In this document: piece after piece, positions 31,848-42,173 of the stretch
Layout: every line of letters begins with the position of its first letter
How positions within the stretch are numbered: the stretch's first letter is position 1
From: an uncultured Fidelibacterota bacterium
GTDB lineage: Bacteria; Fidelibacterota; Marinisomatia; Marinisomatales; UBA1611
DNA length: 50,298 nucleotides
Reading direction: 5' to 3'
NCBI GenBank assembly: GCA_913040915.1
Contig: CAJWHW010000013.1
Coordinates: 1 to 50,298 of the forward strand
The notes under the pieces: model-generated
The model's database searches: none
Seen by the model: the letters and a program-made list of their open reading frames with translations, nothing else
What the model was told of the DNA's origin: nothing
Program-made: the position numbers and the translations under genes

Positions 31848-32786
31848 ATGCTATCCTATAAAGAAATTGAGGATGCTCATAATCGCATCCATCCATTTAT
31901 TCATAGAACGCCAGTTTTAACTAATTCCAGTCTGAATAATATGATTGGTGCTGAACTATATTTTAAATGTGAGAATTTCCAAAAAGCAGGCGCATTCAAA
32001 ATTCGCGGTGCAACCAATTCAGTTCTGCAACTTTCTGAAAATGAACTCACTAGCGGCGTAGTTACCGCATCATCTGGAAACCATGGTGCAGCGCTAGCGA
32101 TGGCAGTTTCTAAACTCGGTGGAAAAACTAAAGTAGTAATACCTAATAACACACCGATTATTAAAGTCAATAATGTAAAACGATACGGCGGTGAAATCAT
32201 TTGGTGTGATGCGAATCTAATATCAAGAGAAAAAACATTAAAAAATGTGTTAGAAAATTCAGGTGGGGTATTAGTTCATCCGTATAATGATGAACGGATA
32301 ATTGCCGGTCAAGGAACTATCACTAAAGAATTATTGGAAGATTATCCAAATTTAGATTGTATTATAACACCAGTAAGCGGCGGCGGACTTTTAAGCGGTT
32401 CTGCAATATCTGCAAAATTTTTAAATGCTGATATACAGCTTTATGGAGCTGAGCCAATAGAAGCGGATGATGCATTTCGTTCCTTAATGGTTGGAGAGAT
32501 TCAAGCTAATAAAACCACTAATACAATATGCGATGGGCTTAGAGCACAGATTGGTACCATCACTTTTCCAATTATTCAGGAATATGTAGACCAAATTATT
32601 GCGATTTCAGAAGAAGAGATTATTAAAGCTATGCGGTTAATTTGGGAAAGAATGAAAATTATTGTTGAACCTTCATGTGCAATTACACTAGGGGCAATTC
32701 TGAATAAGAAGTACCTTTTTAAAGGAAAAAAGGTAGGGATTATACTTTCAGGAGGTAATGTGGATTTGGAAACGCTTCCATTTTAA
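31848..32786 (+). CDS. PLP fold-type II serine racemase / hydroxy-amino-acid dehydratase (no ACT domain)
   Basis: KCENFQKAGAFKIRGA (PLP Lys), SSGNHG, SGGGL, WERMKIIVEPS and SGGNVDL. ATG at 31848 preferred over TTG at 31824. Confidence 0.88.
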   Translation: MLSYKEIEDAHNRIHPFIHRTPVLTNSSLNNMIGAELYFKCENFQKAGAFKIRGATNSVLQLSENELTSGVVTASSGNHGAALAMAVSKLGGKTKVVIPNNTPIIKVNNVKRYGGEIIWCDANLISREKTLKNVLENSGGVLVHPYNDERIIAGQGTITKELLEDYPNLDCIITPVSGGGLLSGSAISAKFLNADIQLYGAEPIEADDAFRSLMVGEIQANKTTNTICDGLRAQIGTITFPIIQEYVDQIIAISEEEIIKAMRLIWERMKIIVEPSCAITLGAILNKKYLFKGKKVGIILSGGNVDLETLPF

Positions 32787-32803
32787 AATTTTTGAATAAA
32801 TAG

Positions 32804-34378
32804 TTAGTCTGTAGGTAAATATTCCGGAGCTCTTCTGTGTAATGTTCCCTGTTCATAAGCATAGGCGATTTCGATAAGTTTCGGTTCACTCCATGCTCTT
32901 CCATAAAATGAAATCCCAACAGGTAAATCTCCAATAAATCCCATTGGAACATTGATATTAGGATATCCTGAAAGGGCTGCATATGCTGATGATGACAATT
33001 TAATATTATCTCCATTTATCAGGTCAGTTTTCCAGGCCGGACTGCCAGTAGGAGATATAATTGCATCAAGGTTATGTTGATCCATTATTTTATCAATACC
33101 ATTATCACGGTATGCATCTAACATGTTTTCTAATGCATTTTTATATATTTTTGAACTAACGTCTCCTTTAGAATTTGAATTTTCCATTCTTTTTAAATTA
33201 AAATGTAACATTTCAATACTATCAGCAAGGGTTGCTTGAATAGCTTCATCTAGACTCTCCACGGGAGAATTATTACCTAGTCTATCAAAATATTTTTTCA
33301 ATCCATCTTTAAACTCATACGCTAAAACTTCTATTGAATTTATAGATGGTGATCCATCAACGATTTTTTCTAATTCAATAATTTCTGCCCCACTTTTTAC
33401 CATAAAGCTAATTGCTTTCAAAATTAGGGAGTCTACTTTAAAATGAACGCCTTCCTCTGTTTTTAAATAACCAATCCTTTTACCTTTTAAGCCATCACTA
33501 TTAAGGAATTGAGTGTAATCTAGAAAGAAATTATTTTCACTATTAATAGTTTTATTATCACTTTGATCAATTCCAGTCACCGCACCTAATAAAATTGCAG
33601 CATCATGAACATTCCTTGCCATTGGCCCCGCAGTATCTTGAGTGTAACTAATGGGAATTATGCCTGTTCGGCTCCATAATCCAACAGTTGGTTTAATGCC
33701 AACAATTCCATTTGCGTTAGCAGGGCACATGATGGACCCCCAAGTTTCAGTCCCAATAGCAACAGCACATAGATTTGCAGATACTGCTACAGCGGACCCT
33801 GAACTTGATCCACAAGGATTTCGATCTAATACATAAGGATTTTTTGTTTGCCCGCCAAGGCCGCTCCATCCGCTAGAAGAAAATGAACCACGATAATTAG
33901 CCCATTCACTTAAATTAGCTTTACCCAGGATTACCGCCCCAGCTTCCCTTAGTTTTTTGGCGACCCAACTGTCTTCGAGTGGAAAGGAGTCTTTTAGGAT
34001 GCGCGATCCTGCAGTTGTAGGCATTTTATCTTTGGTATCAATATTATCCTTTAGAATTACAGGAATCCCATGCATTGGCCCTCTCATACCAAATATTGAA
34101 ATTTCTTTATCCAATTCAGATGCAATCGTTAAAGCATCAGGATTTACAATAATAATTGAATTAAGAGATGGACCATTTTGATCTATGTTTTTTATTCGAT
34201 CAATGTAAGCATTAACAATCTGCTCAACAGAAAAAGTCCCAGTATTATAGCCATTGTGAATATCTTCTATTGTTATCTCTTCTAAATCGATTACTTTACT
34301 ATTATTACCATTTTTACATGAAATAAAAACTAAAAATAATGAAATAATAAAAAAGGAAATTATGCGATTATTTTTCAT
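32804..34378 (-). CDS. Amidase-signature family lipoprotein
   Basis: Lipobox FISC; ILKDNI (Lys), GSSSGS and GTETWGSI (Ser-cisSer-Lys triad), GIKPTVG. Confidence 0.92.
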   Translation of the reverse strand: MKNNRIISFFIISLFLVFISCKNGNNSKVIDLEEITIEDIHNGYNTGTFSVEQIVNAYIDRIKNIDQNGPSLNSIIIVNPDALTIASELDKEISIFGMRGPMHGIPVILKDNIDTKDKMPTTAGSRILKDSFPLEDSWVAKKLREAGAVILGKANLSEWANYRGSFSSSGWSGLGGQTKNPYVLDRNPCGSSSGSAVAVSANLCAVAIGTETWGSIMCPANANGIVGIKPTVGLWSRTGIIPISYTQDTAGPMARNVHDAAILLGAVTGIDQSDNKTINSENNFFLDYTQFLNSDGLKGKRIGYLKTEEGVHFKVDSLILKAISFMVKSGAEIIELEKIVDGSPSINSIEVLAYEFKDGLKKYFDRLGNNSPVESLDEAIQATLADSIEMLHFNLKRMENSNSKGDVSSKIYKNALENMLDAYRDNGIDKIMDQHNLDAIISPTGSPAWKTDLINGDNIKLSSSAYAALSGYPNINVPMGFIGDLPVGISFYGRAWSEPKLIEIAYAYEQGTLHRRAPEYLPTD

Positions 34379-34527
34379 TTAGAACTTCTCTGCTTTTAAG
34401 AAAATAACTTTTATCATTGAAAATTAAAATCCCCACTATGGTAATATTTAACTTATTCAAGTAACTTAAATTTATTTAAACTTTCCATTTCTTGAGTTCA
34501 TAATTTATTTATTCGTACAAATAAACT

Positions 34528-35469
34528 TTGAAAAAGATAATGATAAAAAATCACATACTAACAATTATTGGCCCCACAGCTAGTGGGAAAACTACTTTAG
34601 CAGTTGCAATTGCAAAACTAATTAAAGGTGAAATCATTGGGTTAGATTCTCGTCAGATATATAAAAATATGCTGATTGGAACTGCTCAACCTACTGAGGA
34701 TGAAATGGATGATATACCTCACCATTTATTTGGTATTCGTGATCCATCTGAGCCAATTTCAGCAGGAGAGTATGCAAAACTTGTGTGTTCAAGGATTAAA
34801 AAGATTCAAACAATTAAAAAAAAACCCATTGTATGTGGTGGTTCAGGGCTTTATTACTATGCACTGAAGAAAGGAATTTTTGAAGGCAGTTTTTCTGACC
34901 TGCCAACTCGTAGACAGTTAGAGCAAGCTTATGAAAAAGATCCCGTTTCCTTATTAGATAGGTTGAAAACCATTGATCCAAACTATGCTAAGATTGTGCA
35001 TATAAATAATAAGAAAAGACTTGTGAGGGCCTTAGAGATCTATCGAATCACAGGAAAATCTCCCAGCGACCATTTTGCTCAACAGGAAGAAAATTTGATT
35101 GAATTTCCTAAACTGTTCACTGTATTGCTAAATTGGGATAGGAAGCAGTTAGTGAATAGAATTGCACAGCGAACAGATGAAATGCTAAAGGATGGGTGGA
35201 TTGAAGAAGTACAAGTATTAATAGAAAAACAAAATCAATTTGATAATATTTTCCCTGCTCTGGATTCTATTGGCTACCGCCAGATTCAATCCTATTTAAA
35301 AAATGAAATAAGCTATGATCAAATGCGCGAAGAGATAATAATAAAAACGCGGCAATTCTCCCGCAGGCAAATGCAATGGTTCAAAAAAGAAAATATTGAT
35401 CTTTTTATTGAAATGGATGAATTGATTGAAACACCAATTGCTGAAATTATATATGATTTAATTATCTAA
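34528..35469 (+). CDS. miaA: tRNA dimethylallyltransferase
   Basis: GPTASGKT, DSRQIY, IGTA, PHHL, GGSGLY, RALE, IGY and RQMQWF. Start may be the ATG at 34540. Confidence 0.96.
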   Translation: MKKIMIKNHILTIIGPTASGKTTLAVAIAKLIKGEIIGLDSRQIYKNMLIGTAQPTEDEMDDIPHHLFGIRDPSEPISAGEYAKLVCSRIKKIQTIKKKPIVCGGSGLYYYALKKGIFEGSFSDLPTRRQLEQAYEKDPVSLLDRLKTIDPNYAKIVHINNKKRLVRALEIYRITGKSPSDHFAQQEENLIEFPKLFTVLLNWDRKQLVNRIAQRTDEMLKDGWIEEVQVLIEKQNQFDNIFPALDSIGYRQIQSYLKNEISYDQMREEIIIKTRQFSRRQMQWFKKENIDLFIEMDELIETPIAEIIYDLII

Positions 35470-35508
35470 TAGGATCGAAAAATATTTGTAATATTAAGGA
35501 CTTAAAAA

Positions 35509-35541
35509 TCCTTTAATCCGGTCCGGAGAGGCCGAAAAGGA
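35509..35541 (+). promoter_or_regulatory. PyrR-binding loop (anti-antiterminator)
   Basis: TCCTTTAA-TCCGGTCCGGAGAGGCCG-AAAAGGA matches the PyrR site pattern (UUUAA...GUCC-NGNGAG-GYY...AAGG); directly upstream of pyrR. Confidence 0.88.
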
Positions 35542-35546
35542 CAGGG

Positions 35547-35595
35547 AAATACCTTCGTGGGAGAAAACAAAGCTCTGTCCGAAGGTATTTTTTTT
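35547..35595 (+). terminator. Attenuator terminator of the pyr leader
   Basis: AAATACCTTCG...CGAAGGTATTT followed by a T run. Confidence 0.85.
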
Positions 35596-35611
35596 AAGTA
35601 ATGGAGATAGA

Positions 35612-36151
35612 ATGAGTCAAAAAATATTAATGGATGCCAACGCTGTTGATCGATCCATTACGCGCTTAAGCCATGAAATAATTGAGCGCAATGAATACCC
35701 TGAAAATATTGTATTGATTGGAATTCATAATAGAGGCGTACCTCTAGCAGAAAGGATTCAAGGAAAAATACACTCCATCAGCGGTACCATATTGGAGACT
35801 GGCTCTTTAGATATAACATTTCACAGAGATGATTATCGAGAAAGGTTGGTGATTCCACAGGTTAAGGGAACTAATATTAATATCTCTCTTGATGGAAAAA
35901 TGGTTATTCTTATAGATGATGTTATATACACCGGAAGGACTATTAGAGCTGCAATGGATGAATTGAACAGTTTTGGTCGCGCAGCACAAGTTCAGTTAGC
36001 AGTACTTGTAGACCGTGGCCATCGTGAATTACCAATTAAAGCTAACTTTATTGGTAAAAATATTCCTACCCATGAAGGTGAACATGTAAAAGTAACCTTT
36101 AACGAGACAGATGGTAAAGACAGTGTTTATCTATTAAGGGATCAGGAATAA
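35612..36151 (+). CDS. pyrR: Pyrimidine operon regulator / UPRTase PyrR
   Basis: RLSHEIIERN, LDITFHRDD, DDVIYTGRTIRAAM, LVDRGHRELPI and GKNIPT. Confidence 0.97.
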   Translation: MSQKILMDANAVDRSITRLSHEIIERNEYPENIVLIGIHNRGVPLAERIQGKIHSISGTILETGSLDITFHRDDYRERLVIPQVKGTNINISLDGKMVILIDDVIYTGRTIRAAMDELNSFGRAAQVQLAVLVDRGHRELPIKANFIGKNIPTHEGEHVKVTFNETDGKDSVYLLRDQE

Positions 36152-36153
36152 TT

Positions 36154-37086
36154 ATGTTACAGCAAAGACATTTATTAGGCTTGGAAGATTATCCTGCAGA
36201 GGATATTCAAACTATAATTGATACAGCATTTAAATTTAGAGAAGTATTGGATCGCCCCATTAAAAAGGTACCATCTTTACAAGGTGTCACGATTGTTAAC
36301 CTTTTTTTTGAAAATTCAACTCGTACTCGGATAAGCTTTGAATTGGCAGAGAAACGGCTAAGTGCTGACACTGTCAATTTTTCAGCTTCATCAAGCAGTT
36401 TAAAAAAGGGTGAATCTTTCAAAGATACAGTACAAAATATTGAAGCGATGAAAATTGATGCTGCTGTGATGCGGCACCCAACGCCAGGTGCACCTTTGCA
36501 ATTAACTAAATTTATTGATGCAATCATTATTAATGCAGGTGATGGTACTCATGAACATCCTACTCAGGCTATTCTGGATATGATGAGTCTTCATGAAAAA
36601 TTTGGAACATTAAATGGAGTGAAAGTGGGAATATTGGGAGATATTTCCCATAGTCGTGTTGCACTAAGTAATATCTACGGATTAACCACAATGGGTGCTG
36701 AAGTAACCTTATGCGGCCCACCTAATCTGATACCACCCTATATAAAAGAATTGGGTGTAGAAGTGAATGTAAACGTAGATGAAGTTCTAGAATGGGCAGA
36801 TGCTATGAATATTTTGCGAATTCAGCGAGAAAGAATGGGGATTGGCCTCGTACCATCCATCCGGGAATATCGTACCATGTTTGGAATTACTCAAGAACGC
36901 CTTAACACCCATAAAAAAGAAATTGTAATAATGCATCCAGGCCCCATGAATCGTGGTGTCGAAATTGACGGTTCTGTCGCAGATGGTGATCAAGCTATCA
37001 TTTTAGATCAGGTATTAAATGGTGTAGCATCGAGAATGGCAATCCTGTATCTTCTGTGCGGCGGTAAATTGGCTGAGGGAGAATAA
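36154..37086 (+). CDS. pyrB: Aspartate carbamoyltransferase catalytic subunit
   Basis: FFENSTRTRISFE, KGESFKDT, NAGDGTHEHPTQ, RIQRER and HPGPMNRG. Confidence 0.98.
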   Translation: MLQQRHLLGLEDYPAEDIQTIIDTAFKFREVLDRPIKKVPSLQGVTIVNLFFENSTRTRISFELAEKRLSADTVNFSASSSSLKKGESFKDTVQNIEAMKIDAAVMRHPTPGAPLQLTKFIDAIIINAGDGTHEHPTQAILDMMSLHEKFGTLNGVKVGILGDISHSRVALSNIYGLTTMGAEVTLCGPPNLIPPYIKELGVEVNVNVDEVLEWADAMNILRIQRERMGIGLVPSIREYRTMFGITQERLNTHKKEIVIMHPGPMNRGVEIDGSVADGDQAIILDQVLNGVASRMAILYLLCGGKLAEGE

Positions 37087-38387
37087 TGAAATTAAATCAA
37101 TTACCAGAAAATATTGTTTTTAAAGGCGGTACAATCATTGACCCCTACAATGAAATAAAATTCGATGGGGATGTATGGATAAAAAATGGGAAAATTGAAG
37201 CTATTGGAAGCGTGAATGCACCACCAGATTCTGAAACGGTTGATTGTTTCGGTAAAGTTGTAACACATGGATTTTGTGATCTACATGTCCATTTTCGTGA
37301 ACCCGGTCGTGAAGATAAAGAAACATTGGCTACAGGATCATTGGCAGCTTTAGCTGGTGGATTTACAAGAGTTTGCGTTATGCCAAATACAAATCCACCA
37401 TTAGATACGCCTGAATCTATAAATTTTATACGGGAAAAATCTGAAACATCTCCGATACATATTCATCCAATAGGTGCTGTTACAAAAATGCAAAGTGGAG
37501 AAGGTCTTACAGAAATGGGACTTATGCATAAGGAGGGAGCTGTTGCTTTTAGTGATGATGGACTCCCAATACAAGATGGTTCCATGATGAGAATTGCATT
37601 AGAATATGCAACTTTGGTCGATGTGCCAGTTATCAACCATGCAGAAGATGAGTGTTTACGTGCACATGGTGTGATGAATGAGGGGAGTGTCTCAAATCAA
37701 CTCGGGCTACCTGGAAATCCTGATTTAGCAGAATCAGCTATGGTACACCGTGATCTTGAATTGGCTGAATTCACTGGTGCAAAGTTGCATGTGCCTCATG
37801 TGAGTTCTGCAAAAGCAGTAAATCACATACGTGTAATGAAGGCAAAAAATGAACGTGTAACAGCAGAAGTAACTCCGCATCATTTATATTTTAATGATGA
37901 TGCATTAAGGTCCTTTAACACCAATTTAAAAGTTGCCCCTCCTATTCGTACTGAAAAGGATAGAAAATCGCTTATTGCAGCTGTGAAGGACGGTACAATT
38001 GACTGCATTGCTACAGACCATGCACCCCACACGATTGAAGATAAAGAGACTACCTTTGATTTAGCATCCTTTGGTATGATTGGATTAGAGTCCTGTTTCG
38101 GTGTTATAAATAAAGTCCTTGTTAAGGATGAAGGGATGGATTTAGAGCCAGTTATTTCTCTACTTACGAAAAAACCAAGACAAATTTTTGGATTTTATGC
38201 TGACCTTTTTTCAGTAGGTACAGAAGCTGAACTCACCGTTATTGATCCTGAAAAAGAATGGATATTTCAAAAACAACATGTTAAATCAAGATCTTTGAAT
38301 TCTCCTTATTACGGAGAAAAACTTATTGGACAAGTATTGTATACGATTTCTTGTGGTAAATACGCATATAATAAACCCATAGTTTAG
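37086..38387 (+). CDS. pyrC: Dihydroorotase (type I, long form)
   Basis: DLHVHFREPG, MPNT, FSDDG, EVTPHHL, KVAPPIR and ATDHAPH. Confidence 0.95.
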   Translation: MKLNQLPENIVFKGGTIIDPYNEIKFDGDVWIKNGKIEAIGSVNAPPDSETVDCFGKVVTHGFCDLHVHFREPGREDKETLATGSLAALAGGFTRVCVMPNTNPPLDTPESINFIREKSETSPIHIHPIGAVTKMQSGEGLTEMGLMHKEGAVAFSDDGLPIQDGSMMRIALEYATLVDVPVINHAEDECLRAHGVMNEGSVSNQLGLPGNPDLAESAMVHRDLELAEFTGAKLHVPHVSSAKAVNHIRVMKAKNERVTAEVTPHHLYFNDDALRSFNTNLKVAPPIRTEKDRKSLIAAVKDGTIDCIATDHAPHTIEDKETTFDLASFGMIGLESCFGVINKVLVKDEGMDLEPVISLLTKKPRQIFGFYADLFSVGTEAELTVIDPEKEWIFQKQHVKSRSLNSPYYGEKLIGQVLYTISCGKYAYNKPIV

Positions 38388-38400
38388 TAGAGATTATTCA

Positions 38401-38437
38401 TTGACGCAGGGTAAATGTAATAACTAATTTTGCGGGC
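38401..38437 (+). promoter_or_regulatory. Probable promoter of the rplM operon
   Basis: TTGACG, 18-nt spacer, TAATTT, then a GC-rich discriminator-like TGCGGGC. Confidence 0.55.
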
Positions 38438-38453
38438 TTTATTCGAAATGAAA

Positions 38454-38882
38454 ATGAAGACTATATCAATAAAACAGTCAGAAATTGAAAAAAACTGGTG
38501 GGTTGCTGATGCAGATGGCCAAACTCTTGGCCGATTCGCCTCAGAAATTGCACAGATTCTGCGTGGAAAACATAAGGTGAATTTCACTCCTCACATGGAC
38601 ATGGGAGACTTCGTGGTGGTTATTAATGCGGAAAAAATTCGTTTGACTGGATCAAAGGAGACAGAAAAAACCTATTTTCGTCATACTGGTTATCCTGGTG
38701 GTGGAAAGGAGATTAGTGTTGCTGAATTGCGTCGAAAACATCCAGAACATATTGTAAAAAATGCTATAAAAGGTATGCTTCCACATAATCGTCTCGGACG
38801 GAGCATTTTATCCCATCTTAAAATCTACGCAGGTATGGAGCATCCTCATACCGCGCAAAAACCAAAAACTCTAGAAATCTAA
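38454..38882 (+). CDS. rplM: 50S ribosomal protein L13
   Basis: [40 protein letters not shown] and [11 protein letters not shown] at 38454 (or 38448). Confidence 0.97.
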   Translation: MKTISIKQSEIEKNWWVADADGQTLGRFASEIAQILRGKHKVNFTPHMDMGDFVVVINAEKIRLTGSKETEKTYFRHTGYPGGGKEISVAELRRKHPEHIVKNAIKGMLPHNRLGRSILSHLKIYAGMEHPHTAQKPKTLEI

Positions 38883-38886
38883 ATTT

Positions 38887-39279
38887 ATGGCAGAAGCTAA
38901 TTATTATGGAACAGGGCGTCGAAAAAGTTCAATTGCCCGCGTATTTATGACACCAGGAAAGGGTAATATTGAGGTAAATGGTCGACCATTCCGCGATTAT
39001 TTATGCAGAGCAACATTAGCGACGGTTGTGATGCAACCACTAGTTGCAGTAGAAAGTGAAAAAGCATATGACATTAATGTGAATGTATCTGGCGGTGGGT
39101 TGACAGGGCAGGCCGGTGCGATTCGTCTTGGAATATCAAGAGCACTTTTAGGTGTCAATGATGATTTTCGATCCATTCTGAAAGAAAAAGGATTTCTAAC
39201 CCGAGATGCACGTAAAGTTGAGCGTAAAAAACCTGGACAACCAGGTGCACGGAAAAATTTTCAATTCTCAAAACGATAA
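38887..39279 (+). CDS. rpsI: 30S ribosomal protein S9
   Basis: [36 protein letters not shown] and QFSKR. Confidence 0.98.
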   Translation: MAEANYYGTGRRKSSIARVFMTPGKGNIEVNGRPFRDYLCRATLATVVMQPLVAVESEKAYDINVNVSGGGLTGQAGAIRLGISRALLGVNDDFRSILKEKGFLTRDARKVERKKPGQPGARKNFQFSKR

Positions 39280-39285
39280 TATTAT

Positions 39286-40170
39286 ATGGCTGAAGTTAAA
39301 TTTGAAGATCTATTAGGTACCGGGGCTCATTTTGGGCATGTAACCCGGAAGTGGAACCCCAATTTTAAGCCCTATATTCTCCTAGAAAAAAATGGGGTGC
39401 ATATAATTAACCTTGAAAGAACAATAGATGCTATCAATACGGCCACAAAATTTGTTAAAGATCTAGTAAGTAAAAATGGAGAGATTTTATTTGTTGGTAC
39501 AAAAAAGCAGGCTCAGGATATTGTGCAGCAAGAGGCTGACAATTGCTCGATGTTCTATATTATTGAGAGATGGTTGGGAGGTACTTTAACTAACTTTTCA
39601 ACAATTAAAAAAAGTATTAAACGATTAAAAATGCTGGAAAAAGAAGGATCAACTTTATATGAGAATTTAACTAAAAAAGAGACCCAAATGCTTAACCGTG
39701 AAAGGGTGAAATTAGCAGATCAGCATCGAGGAATCAAAGATATGCGCCGTTTGCCTGATGCTGTGATTGTTGTGGATGGGCAATATGAAGATACTGCAAT
39801 TAGGGAAGCCAAAAGATTAGAGATACCAGTCATTGCTATAGTGGATTCAAATACAGATCCTAAAAAAGTTGACTATCCTATACCAGCCAATGATGATTCC
39901 ATTCGAACGATCCAATTAATTATCTCTGCATTAGCAAAAGCTATTAATGAAGCTCGTGTTGAAGTTGCTGGGAAAGAAAAAAAACAAAAGACTGATAAAA
40001 AGAAAAAAGAAAATAATACAATGGAAACACCAGCTACACTAAAAGAAGATACATCTGATAATAGCGTTGAGGACACTCTTAGTGTTGCTGATGAAAACAT
40101 CAATGAAGGGATGGATGGACCTCAAGATGGTATTGGTGATTCTGATGACATAACCCAAGAGGAAGAGTAA
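39286..40170 (+). CDS. rpsB: 30S ribosomal protein S2 with long C-terminal extension
   Basis: GAHFGH, WNP, FVGTKKQA, RWLGGTLTN and IPANDD. Confidence 0.98.
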   Translation: MAEVKFEDLLGTGAHFGHVTRKWNPNFKPYILLEKNGVHIINLERTIDAINTATKFVKDLVSKNGEILFVGTKKQAQDIVQQEADNCSMFYIIERWLGGTLTNFSTIKKSIKRLKMLEKEGSTLYENLTKKETQMLNRERVKLADQHRGIKDMRRLPDAVIVVDGQYEDTAIREAKRLEIPVIAIVDSNTDPKKVDYPIPANDDSIRTIQLIISALAKAINEARVEVAGKEKKQKTDKKKKENNTMETPATLKEDTSDNSVEDTLSVADENINEGMDGPQDGIGDSDDITQEEE

Positions 40171-40176
40171 TATATT

Positions 40177-40797
40177 ATGAGTATTGATGCAAAACTTGTA
40201 AAAACACTTCGTGATAAAACAGGTGCTGGGATGATGGATTGTAAAAAGGCCCTTGTAGAATCTGATGGTGATTTAGAAAAAGCTGTTGATCATCTTCGAA
40301 AATCGGGGATTGCAAAAGCAGAGAAGAAAGGATCACGGGACACAAAAGATGGTTTAGTTTACTCTTATATCCATGCAGGAGGACGCTTAGGAGTTTTAGT
40401 TGAATTAAATTGTGAAACTGATTTTGTTGCTAAAACTGAAGGGTTTAATGAATTAGCACATAATATCGCAATGCAGATTGCAGCAACTAATCCTTTAGCT
40501 TTAGATAGAGAATCAGTTGATCCTGCAGTTATTAAACGTGAAAAGGAAATTTTTACTGACCAAGCTAAATCTGCAGGTAAACCTAAAAATATCATTGAAA
40601 AAATGGTTGAAGGACGATTAAATAAATTTTTTCAAGAGTCTTGTCTGCTGGATCAAACTTACATCAAGGATCCAGATAAAAAAGTTAATGATTTATTAAC
40701 AGAGACTATCGCTACATTAGGGGAAAATATCAGTATCAATCGTTTTGTTCGTTTTGCTATAGGTGAATCCGATACATCCCAGAATGGTCAAGTATAA
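40177..40797 (+). CDS. tsf: Elongation factor Ts (short form)
   Basis: [26 protein letters not shown] and [12 protein letters not shown]. Confidence 0.97.
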   Translation: MSIDAKLVKTLRDKTGAGMMDCKKALVESDGDLEKAVDHLRKSGIAKAEKKGSRDTKDGLVYSYIHAGGRLGVLVELNCETDFVAKTEGFNELAHNIAMQIAATNPLALDRESVDPAVIKREKEIFTDQAKSAGKPKNIIEKMVEGRLNKFFQESCLLDQTYIKDPDKKVNDLLTETIATLGENISINRFVRFAIGESDTSQNGQV

Positions 40798-40804
40798 TTT
40801 TTAA

Positions 40805-41533
40805 ATGTCCGAGCCGATGTATAGTCGCGTTCTTTTGAAACTTTCAGGAGAAGTGTTGGCTGGTGATCAAGGGTTCGGAATAAATCCCCAAAAAGCTTCT
40901 TATCTTGCACAAGAAGTTCAATCAATATATAAACTAGGAATCGAAATAGGACTTATTATTGGTGCAGGAAATATATTCCGCGGTATGAAAGCTGCAAGTA
41001 AAGGTATGGACCGAGTAACTGGTGATTATTTGGGAATGCTTGCTACTGTTATGAATGCAATTTCTATTCAGGATGCCCTAGAGAAGATTGGATGTGAAAC
41101 TAGAACATTATCAGCAATAAATGTATCTCAAATTGCTGAACCATATATACGCCGCCGTGCAATCCGGCATTTACAAAAAGGACGAATTGTTATTGTTTCT
41201 GGAGGAACAGGAAATCCATTTTTCACAACTGATTCGGCTGCTGCATTACGAGCAACAGAATTAAGTGCTGAAGTTGTATTAAAAGGTACGAAGGTGGATG
41301 GTATTTATGATAAAGATCCCATGTTATATGATGATGCAGTGAAATATGACTCGGTGAGCTTTACCAAAGTTATTACAGATAATTTACGTGTTATGGATTT
41401 AACAGCAATTACTTTATGCAAAGAGAATAATTTACCAATCCGGGTGTTCAATATTAACTATCCCGGGTACTTGAAAGATCTGGTACTTGGTGCTAAAATT
41501 GGGACGCTAGTCTCAGAGAAAAATAATGATTGA
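40805..41533 (+). CDS. pyrH: Uridylate kinase
   Basis: LLKLSGE, GNIFRG, GMLATVMN, GNPFFTTDSAAALRA and VMDLTA. Confidence 0.98.
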   Translation: MSEPMYSRVLLKLSGEVLAGDQGFGINPQKASYLAQEVQSIYKLGIEIGLIIGAGNIFRGMKAASKGMDRVTGDYLGMLATVMNAISIQDALEKIGCETRTLSAINVSQIAEPYIRRRAIRHLQKGRIVIVSGGTGNPFFTTDSAAALRATELSAEVVLKGTKVDGIYDKDPMLYDDAVKYDSVSFTKVITDNLRVMDLTAITLCKENNLPIRVFNINYPGYLKDLVLGAKIGTLVSEKNND

Positions 41534-42083
41534 TGATATTTTAATAGATATTACTCACCGCATGGATCAAGCGGTAATTCATTGTAAAGGTGAATTAAAC
41601 AAGGTTCGAACAGGTAGAGCTAATCCTGAAATGTTCAATTCCATCACGGTGGATTATTATGGTTCCATAACACCCATCAATCAAGTTTCCACTATTTCTG
41701 TACCTGAACCGCGTTTAATTACATTGACACCTTATGAAAAAACATTAATTCCTATCATGGAGAAGGCAATAACAGATGCTAATATGGGATTTACTCCAGG
41801 GAATAATGGTACAGCTGTATTAATTCCAATACCACAATTAAGTGAAGAACGTAGGATTGAATTAAATAAATTTGTTCATCAATTAGTTGAAGATGGAAGA
41901 ATTGCTGTACGAAATGTAAGGCGAGATGGTCTTCACCATTTACATGATTTTGGGAAAAAAGATCATATCTCAGAGGATATAATACATGATAATGAAACTA
42001 AAATACAGAAGATAACTGATGACCATATTAATAAACTTAATTTATTGCAAGATGAGAAAGAAAAAGAAATTTTAGAAGTTTAG
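41526..42083 (+). CDS. frr: Ribosome recycling factor
   Basis: RTGRANP, VDYYG, LSEERR and AVRNVRR. Confidence 0.97.
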   Translation: MIDDILIDITHRMDQAVIHCKGELNKVRTGRANPEMFNSITVDYYGSITPINQVSTISVPEPRLITLTPYEKTLIPIMEKAITDANMGFTPGNNGTAVLIPIPQLSEERRIELNKFVHQLVEDGRIAVRNVRRDGLHHLHDFGKKDHISEDIIHDNETKIQKITDDHINKLNLLQDEKEKEILEV

Positions 42084-42108
42084 GTAAATTTAGGGTCAAT
42101 ATAATATG

Positions 42109-42148
42109 AAATAAAAAAGCTCTGGCTAAAGCCAGAGCTTTTTTATTT
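42109..42148. terminator. Bidirectional Rho-independent terminator between frr and nrdJ
   Basis: AAATAAAAAAGCTCTGGC-TAAA-GCCAGAGCTTTTTTATTT: perfect inverted repeat with A/T tracts on both sides, between convergent genes. Confidence 0.92.
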
Positions 42149-42173
42149 ACGTTCTATTTTTCAAGTTCAGATA

